Of a stretch of DNA of 32,000 nt, positions 26,101-32,000 are shown piece by piece. Numbering within the stretch: the stretch's first letter is position 1; each line of letters opens with the position of its first letter. Position numbers and translations under genes: made by a program. The stretch covers positions 180,001 to 212,000 of the forward strand of contig NC_014537.1 of the NCBI RefSeq assembly GCF_000148385.1, given 5' to 3'. Source of the DNA: Vulcanisaeta distributa DSM 14429 (GTDB taxonomy: Archaea > Thermoproteota > Thermoprotei > Thermoproteales > Thermocladiaceae). The notes under the pieces are model-generated. The model was not told the origin of the DNA. It was given only the letters and a program-made list of their open reading frames with translations, and did no database searches.

Positions 26101-26196
26101 CCAAGCCTCGGGCTTGAACTAACAAGGGCCTTTGAGTGGTTGAGGGGTGGCGGTAAGTACATTATTGAGGAGTTGCTTGAGGCCGAACTTGGTTAG
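23104..26196 (+). CDS. carB: Carbamoyl-phosphate synthase large subunit CarB
   Basis: The track ORF starts at 23074. I prefer ATG 23104 ('[26 protein letters not shown]', the canonical CarB N-terminus), which overlaps the carA end by 11 nt. There are two ATP-grasp halves and a C-terminal MGS-like domain. Confidence 0.95.
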   Translation: [1030 protein letters not shown]

Positions 26197-27545
26197 GTAG
26201 TGAGTAGCTTATTCTCAACCTCATCAAGCTTACTCACCATTAAATTAACCTTAGTCATCAACTCACTAACCTCATTAAGCCTGGCCCTGGCATCATCAAT
26301 CACCTGGCGTGGGTTTGATGAGCCATGCACAGGCTTCATCAGTGACTCATTAACATCAAGGCCAACCTTAACGCCGCTCCTCAGTTCCCTGGCAACCTCA
26401 TTATATACATCCCTAAACGGCCTCCTCTCCCTCATTGCCACCGCCTCCGCATACTCAGCGGCTGTGACCACGTACTTGCCCAGCGACTCCTTAACGCCGT
26501 CCTCATTAACCTTAATGCCATTGATGAAGTCCATGAATATCAAGAGGCCCTCGAGGGCGATCTTAACGATTGACCACATGTGCCTAGTCAATTCCTGAAG
26601 GTCCAGCTGGTAACCGGACTCTACAGGTCTTAGTATTGAGTACATAGCCACTAAGTGGCCCACGGCCTCCCCAATCCTAGCCCTAAAAACCTCCAGAGTG
26701 GCTGGGTTCCTCTTATGCGGCATGATACTACTCGTGGCGAGGTGGCTCGGGTCTGCACTCACGTAATTTAGCTGGGGCATTAACCACATCTCCAGGTTGT
26801 TAATGAACCTACCAACCTCCACTAGGTAATTGACTATTGCCGATGCCGCCGATATTACGAAGTACCTAGAGCCGGTTGCGTATATCGTATTATCAACAAC
26901 ACCGTCAAAGCCCAACTCAACGGCCTCCCTAAACCTATCAATACCGACCATGGTACCGGCAAGTGGCCCAGAACCCAGTGGTGACTTATTGACTAACCCA
27001 TAGACGTGCATTAACTCGCTGAGGAAATCCCTGGATAGGTCATCTAGATAAAGCATGTAGTGGCCAAGCGTCGTTACCTGGGCTGGCTGCCTATGGGTGG
27101 AGCCTATGATCACCTTATCATACACCTCAACAGCCTTGTTTAGTGCGACCTCCCTAAGCCTAAGCGTAATGAGCATTAAATCAAGCAAGGCCCTCCTCAG
27201 CCTAAGCCTGATTGCCGTCGCCACATGGTCATTCCTGGACCTGCCAATGCCAATCCAACCACCAATACTGCCCAATCTCCTAATCAACTCCGCCTCGATG
27301 TACTCATGGACATCCTCATAACCAACCAATTTACCTGGGTCATAACCACCACGCCAAACATCCCTAAGGGCATCCCTAATCCTCCCAGCCACATCACCAC
27401 TAATAATGCCGCCCCTCTCAAGCTCGTTAACGTGGGCGATCAATGCAATGATCACGTACCTAAAGATCTCCGCATCATCAACAATTGATGACATGTAACT
27501 AACCTTATCAACACTCCCAGGGCCAAGCAACTCCCTACGATACAC
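26193..27545 (-). CDS. argH: Argininosuccinate lyase ArgH
   Basis: 450 codons. Fumarate-lyase signature 'TSSIMPHKRNPATLE' plus 'GRSRNDHVAT'. Its 3' end overlaps carB convergently by 4 nt. Confidence 0.9.
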   Translation of the reverse strand: MYRRELLGPGSVDKVSYMSSIVDDAEIFRYVIIALIAHVNELERGGIISGDVAGRIRDALRDVWRGGYDPGKLVGYEDVHEYIEAELIRRLGSIGGWIGIGRSRNDHVATAIRLRLRRALLDLMLITLRLREVALNKAVEVYDKVIIGSTHRQPAQVTTLGHYMLYLDDLSRDFLSELMHVYGLVNKSPLGSGPLAGTMVGIDRFREAVELGFDGVVDNTIYATGSRYFVISAASAIVNYLVEVGRFINNLEMWLMPQLNYVSADPSHLATSSIMPHKRNPATLEVFRARIGEAVGHLVAMYSILRPVESGYQLDLQELTRHMWSIVKIALEGLLIFMDFINGIKVNEDGVKESLGKYVVTAAEYAEAVAMRERRPFRDVYNEVARELRSGVKVGLDVNESLMKPVHGSSNPRQVIDDARARLNEVSELMTKVNLMVSKLDEVENKLLTT

Positions 27546-27671
27546 AGAGACATGGCCAAAGCCGCAATTTTAAGGATTAGCACGCACCCAAACAGGACCA
27601 ATGCACCAGGGCCGGTGCAAGGGACATGGCAATGATTGATTTTAAGGGGCATCTTACCGATAATCACTGAA

Positions 27672-27908
27672 CTAGTCCTTAACCTCGATTATCACGTGAG
27701 CCTCCTTACCAGCCAATGACTTATTACCACGCAGGGCCTTCGGAATCATTATATACTCGATCTCGTAACCCTCACGTATTTTTCGCCGTTTGATTACCGT
27801 ATCAAATTCAAGCCTGGTCGTCATTAAATTAACATACAAGGACCCACTTAAAAACCTAACCATATTAACCACTAAATATTCAATTAAAGAGAAAAGTTTA
27901 TTAACCAC
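27672..27908 (-). CDS. Small hypothetical protein
   Basis: 78-codon ORF with no recognisable motif. The real start may be an internal Met. It is retained only because it does not overlap a better ORF. Confidence 0.3.
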   Translation of the reverse strand: MVNKLFSLIEYLVVNMVRFLSGSLYVNLMTTRLEFDTVIKRRKIREGYEIEYIMIPKALRGNKSLAGKEAHVIIEVKD

Positions 27909-28512
27909 TAAATTATCTATTTAATCGGTAATAAATATGACAAATAAAGTAGGTATTAGTCCAGAAATGAGTGAAATGGACAGGGCAAGGCTTGAGCAGT
28001 TAAGGCAAGCATGAAGCCTCAGACCCACCCTATGTAGATACCCACGCGGGAGAGCGCATAAAGGCCTTCCTTAATAAATTGATACGTGGTATTCAGCCTT
28101 GGGGAGATTAAGGAGTACAGACATCTAACGTATTCGGCTCCTCCAATGCTATAAGAGGCTGGAGCAGCCGATACGCTTGAACCCGGCATTCATTACCCCA
28201 TTCTCCCTACACAACATATCTTTCTCAAGCCTCACAATAGACCTACCCGAGAGTTCTTGCGGTCGAACACCATCGTGAGTATTAAGTCCTTAATTAAATC
28301 ACTTGCCGCGACGCCATCACCCGCGTGAAATCAGCTCAATCTTACCACGGCATTCACGTTATGAGGATTCCAATAGAATATCGAGGTTTAGGAGCACACC
28401 TAAAGGAATGGCGAAAGGACTTCTTGAATACGTGGGAGGCACCGACTTGAAGGTAAGCTTAAGGGGTCACGGCTGAGTTACGATGATGAATATCGAGGTT
28501 TAATGGCTCCAC

Positions 28513-28664
28513 AAATTTGTGTGGGCAGCGAAAGTTTTAGCCTAGTGACCTTAAACCGTATGGCTCGTAGTGAGGGTTTTTCCTGGCTTATTTAGTATTG
28601 CTGGAGTGAGGTGTTGAAAACAAGCACCTAGGTTGGCTGAAACTTTCGCTGCCCACACAAATTT
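28513..28664. repeat. 30-bp inverted-repeat pair (29/30) flanking a 92-nt spacer; MITE-like element or long RNA hairpin
   Basis: 28513-28542 is AAATTTGTGTGGGCAGCGAAAGTTTTAGCC. The reverse complement of 28635-28664 is AAATTTGTGTGGGCAGCGAAAGTTTCAGCC. The single mismatch (T28538 opposite G28639) would be a G-U pair in a plus-strand RNA. Confidence 0.7.
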
Positions 28665-29107
28665 ACGGATCGTTGTGGATTCGGTAGTTAGTTATCGTGG
28701 CCCCTACCGTGGTTTTGTTGGGATTGGATCTATGTTCGTGTTTCATGCTTATTAATTGGGTGTGGTTATTAGGAGCATGAATTAGGGGTTTGGTTATGGG
28801 TAGGCTTGGTGGGATTGTGCCTGGTAGGGCGTTCTTTTGGGTCTGGGAGGTATTCATCTCATACCTGGTCCTTAGGAATGTGGAGATTCTCAAGGGAAAG
28901 TGCGGGATTATGCGCATTGGCTCCGTAATCATCCCTATGCATGGGTGGTTGCGACTACATCGCCAATAAGCAGGTTGATTGAATTGAGTATAGGGCTGTA
29001 GGTTCGTCCTAGGTGTGGTTAAGTTGACGAAGCATTAATTAGGAGGTTAATTGTGAGGGCTGGGAAATTAATGAGGAGGGTGGCAACGGATCTTAATGGG
29101 TTTACAT

Positions 29108-30211
29108 TTATTGCCCTTTCACAGCCAATACCATGTTCCTTAGTTTTCGCCTGGCCGACTCCAGGGTTTGCACTGGGTTTGTGGCGCTTGATGCGAACCC
29201 ACACCCTGGAGCCACAATTAATTTGTTTGGGTCTCCATTTACGACCTCCAGGGCCGCCTCATACCTCCTCCTAATCACCTCCACAGGTTCCACATTCCTC
29301 GACTTGACACTAACAATGCCAAGCGCCAACTTCTTGTCCCTGGGAACCGCGTACTGCTTGAAGTACTTCAATTCTTCGAAGTCCCTAATCCCATCAAAGA
29401 CCTCGAAGGGCCCCAACACGCCTACCTTTAAGTCGTAAAGCTCCGGCAACGCATCGTCATAGTGGCCGAGTGTGTTGAATTGTGAATTATTGAAGTTACC
29501 CCAGCATGAGTGTATTTCGAGGTGCTCGGTGGGTAGTTTCGAGAGCACCTCGTTATTTAATTCCACGGCCCTCCTAACCCTCTCCTTAGCCCTGCCCTTA
29601 TCTGGGTTGTACTCGCCGTAAACATCGAATTGAAGAATATCCGGTGCATCGAATTGAACAACGTCAGCACCAGCATCAAGCGCTGCCCTCACCTCATTAA
29701 TTATTATCTTCTTAACATCGTCCAGGTAATCATCAATTGTTGGGTAATACTGCCTGACTTGTTGACGGTACTTATCAATGAGCTCCCTGGGCTTCGCAGG
29801 CATCCAGTCGGGGTCTGGGTAAACCCTGGCCATGAAGCTTGGTGCGAGTATTGTGACCTTTATCCTCCTCCTGACGCCAATCTTCTCAAGGGCTCTCTTA
29901 ATTCCCTCAACCTCCCTGGCGAGTATTGGCTTGCTTGGGTCATAACCTATCGTCCTCAGTATAACTGGTATAAACCTCCTATCGCCGGCCGAATTCTCCC
30001 AGTAAAGCTCGGTAACCCCGAAGCCCGGCAGCTCCGTTAGGTCTGAGATGAATGATTGACGCCTATACTCGCCGTCATTAACCTCATCAAGCCCAATCTC
30101 CACCTGCATCTTAACCACATCCTCAATCGCCCTATCCAGGTTTTGAGGAGATAGATTAGGCGGTCTCGGCAGACTACCTACGTGCGTGGTCCTAACCTCC
30201 TCAAAACCCAT
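29108..30211 (-). CDS. Cobalamin-independent methionine synthase-like protein (short MetE C-terminal-domain type)
   Basis: 367 codons. N-terminal 'TTHVGSLPRP', 'DGEYRR', a 'HSCWGN'-type and a C-terminal 'PGCGF' zinc-ligand context typical of COG0620 short homologs. Confidence 0.8.
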   Translation of the reverse strand: MGFEEVRTTHVGSLPRPPNLSPQNLDRAIEDVVKMQVEIGLDEVNDGEYRRQSFISDLTELPGFGVTELYWENSAGDRRFIPVILRTIGYDPSKPILAREVEGIKRALEKIGVRRRIKVTILAPSFMARVYPDPDWMPAKPRELIDKYRQQVRQYYPTIDDYLDDVKKIIINEVRAALDAGADVVQFDAPDILQFDVYGEYNPDKGRAKERVRRAVELNNEVLSKLPTEHLEIHSCWGNFNNSQFNTLGHYDDALPELYDLKVGVLGPFEVFDGIRDFEELKYFKQYAVPRDKKLALGIVSVKSRNVEPVEVIRRRYEAALEVVNGDPNKLIVAPGCGFASSATNPVQTLESARRKLRNMVLAVKGQ

Positions 30212-30313
30212 ATTATTGCATTAATAGGCTAGGGCTTTTTAACAATAGCACCCATAACCTAATAATAGCATAAACTGCCCGTTCCACTAAGACCTAGGGC
30301 ATTCGCTTAATCA

Positions 30314-30688
30314 TTATTCATTAACACTCCTCAGGATTTCCTCCATCTCCCTTATAAACGTCTCAATGTCCTTCCTTGCTGACTCATCGTCCTTATATGG
30401 GCTAATGACCCTCTCTGGGTCAGGGCCATTGTACTGGTACTGATGAATCCAAAGTGCCTTATCCGTGAGTAGGTCAACCTTGCCGCCGATGATCATCGCC
30501 ACATCCTTTAAATAACTGGTTGGCATAACCGCTATTATCCAATCAACCCTATCAACACGCTCTTTCCTGCCCCTTAACCTGACCTTACCACTAAAGACCT
30601 TGCTCAACTCATCCCTCTTGTCAACCGCCAGCGCTGCCACGAGAGCTTTCCACGCTTGAAAAGCCTTGCCGGCGGCGTTATTGATCAA
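30314..30688 (-). CDS. PaREP1-family protein; N-terminal region appears cut off from its start codon
   Basis: 'NAAGKAFQAWKALVAALA', 'DWIIAVMPTSYLKDV' and 'LWIHQYQYNGPDPE' match the PaREP1 pattern. The track start is a TTG. The family-like sequence 'KPWYDPREYKRIRIDEAKNELELAKRFLNEG' continues in frame upstream to 30799 with no ATG/GTG/TTG. Confidence 0.6.
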   Translation of the reverse strand: MINNAAGKAFQAWKALVAALAVDKRDELSKVFSGKVRLRGRKERVDRVDWIIAVMPTSYLKDVAMIIGGKVDLLTDKALWIHQYQYNGPDPERVISPYKDDESARKDIETFIREMEEILRSVNE

Positions 30689-31029
30689 TCCCTCATTAAG
30701 GAACCTCTTGGCAAGTTCTAACTCGTTCTTGGCCTCATCAATTCTAATCCTTTTATACTCCCTAGGGTCGTACCACGGCTTCGTTAATTGCGTATGAGCT
30801 CACTCCTAATAACAAAACCTGGGCAGGTATTTAATGTTTATATGAATTTACGATCATACAATATGGAGCAGTGAAAATAATCAGCTCACGGAATAAACCA
30901 ACGAGAATTACGAACATGAATCGCGAAAACAAGACCGTGCAATGACTTGGTAAGTTACTCACGTGGGTTGTCTTACCTTTAAACCCATATGGTGCTTTTA
31001 ATTGAATGCCCTTCTTAACAATAGTATTT

Positions 31030-32000
31030 CTACGCCTTATGCCTGGCTCTATAGGCTGTTAGTGAGTGTAGTACGTGCATCCTTATGAAGCCTCTCGCCT
31101 CCTCCTCACTTGGGTACCAACCGCTCACGTAATCGACAAGGTCCTTATTATAGCTTGCGTATGGGCTCTCCCTACCAAGTATTGTTAATCCACCGAATAC
31201 CTTGACCTTAACAACACCGCTAACCCACCTATTCATTGACCTAATTAGGGTATCAAGCTCCTCACGTAGCGGCTCATGCCATAGGCCACCATAGACAAGG
31301 TCAGCCCAGGTCTGATCAACAAACCTCTTAAACCTATACTCAAGCGGTGTGTAGACCAGCTTCTCCAAGTCTTTGTGGGTCTCGATCAATGTCAATGCGG
31401 CTGGGGCCTCATAGACCTCCCTAGACTTAAACCCAACAACCCTATTCTCGACGTGGTCAACCCTACCAAAGCCATGGGCACCAACCACCTTATTGAGTAG
31501 CAGTATTAGGTTGACTAGGTCCATCTTCTCACCATTGATTGCGATGGGCAACCCCTCCCTGAACTCAATCTCCAGCATGAGTGGTTCACTAACCTTTTCA
31601 GGCGGGACTGTCCACTTGAAGGCATCCTCAGGAACCTCAACACCGGGGTCATCTATTTCACGGCCCTCTATACTCCTTGACCACAGGTTATCATCAATAC
31701 TAAACCTACTATGTACGCTGGGTATTGGTATACCGTGCTTCCTGGCATACTCAACCTCCTCAGCCCTATTCATACCCCAGATCTTCGCTGGTTCGATGAT
31801 CATGAGGTCAGGCGCCAACGCCATTAATGCCTCGTTAAACCTGACCTGGTCATTACCCTTGGAGGTTGATCCATGGGCAATTGCGTCGCAGCCCTCCCTC
31901 TTAGCCACCTCAACTACCTTCTCAGCAATTAACGGCCTGGCCAATGCAGTACCTAGTGGGTACCTATCCTCATAGAGTGCGTTGGCCATTATTGCCATTG
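31030..32000 (-). CDS. argG: Argininosuccinate synthase ArgG (partial; N-terminus lies beyond the right edge)
   Basis: 'YEDRYPLGTALARPLIA', 'AHGSTSKGNDQVRF' and 'SIDDNLWSRSIEG' are present. The frame is open to the window end, and the usual N-terminal 'AYSGGLDTS' ATP-binding motif is missing. Confidence 0.9.
   Translation of the reverse strand, partial: MAIMANALYEDRYPLGTALARPLIAEKVVEVAKREGCDAIAHGSTSKGNDQVRFNEALMALAPDLMIIEPAKIWGMNRAEEVEYARKHGIPIPSVHSRFSIDDNLWSRSIEGREIDDPGVEVPEDAFKWTVPPEKVSEPLMLEIEFREGLPIAINGEKMDLVNLILLLNKVVGAHGFGRVDHVENRVVGFKSREVYEAPAALTLIETHKDLEKLVYTPLEYRFKRFVDQTWADLVYGGLWHEPLREELDTLIRSMNRWVSGVVKVKVFGGLTILGRESPYASYNKDLVDYVSGWYPSEEEARGFIRMHVLHSLTAYRARHKA

Noticed and set aside
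27452-27667. 71-aa minus-strand ORF upstream of and overlapping the argH start
   Set aside because: It overlaps the argH 5' end in another frame, is Cys/Leu-rich, and has no recognisable domain or promoter-like spacing.
28376-28502. Two copies of GAATATCGAGGTTTA, considered as a possible CRISPR remnant
   Set aside because: There are only two 15-nt copies 112 bp apart. They are too short and too few, and there are no cas genes or further repeats in the window.
28663-29274. Track ORFs 28663-28932(-), 29019-29204(-) and 29053-29274(+)
   Set aside because: These are low-complexity translations of a G/T-rich (or complementary C/A-rich) tract. Two of them overlap the MetE-like gene end. No motifs were found.

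Overview
Gene-dense archaeal, crenarchaeal-looking chromosomal segment (lineage is my inference from PaREP1-type genes, the LysW pathway and TATA spacing). I saw no rRNA, tRNA or CRISPR array by eye. All family assignments come from reading motifs by eye, not from searches. The window has two very different parts. (A) About 9.9-32 kb is housekeeping biosynthesis. It holds thiC and a LysW carrier-protein lysine/arginine cluster: argC/lysY, two LysX/ArgX ATP-grasp ligases, argD/lysJ, lysK/argE, argB/lysZ, a class-I aminotransferase, a DRE-TIM homocitrate/citrate-synthase-like gene, and lysW (58 codons, absent from the ORF track). It also holds carA-carB, argH, a short MetE-like methyltransferase, argG (runs off the right edge) and two PaREP1-type genes. 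One anomalous 1.2-kb gene-free gap (27909-29107) contains a 30-bp inverted-repeat pair. (B) 1-8.5 kb is an accessory island and the most interesting part. It encodes a DUF1998-type zinc-ribbon protein and a PLD/HKD nuclease (DISARM DrmB/DrmC-like, visibly AT-richer than the rest). It also encodes a YhhQ-type 7-deazapurine-precursor transporter interrupted by one in-frame TAG. There are two paralogous tRNA-guanine-transglycosylase-fold (DpdA-like) proteins, one fused to a YaaA/DUF328-like C-terminal domain and one lacking the zinc site. A winged-helix protein, a P-loop ATPase and a GIY-YIG-like ORF complete the island. Hypothesis: a previously undescribed archaeal 7-deazaguanine DNA-modification/restriction island that combines Dpd-like and DISARM-like parts.
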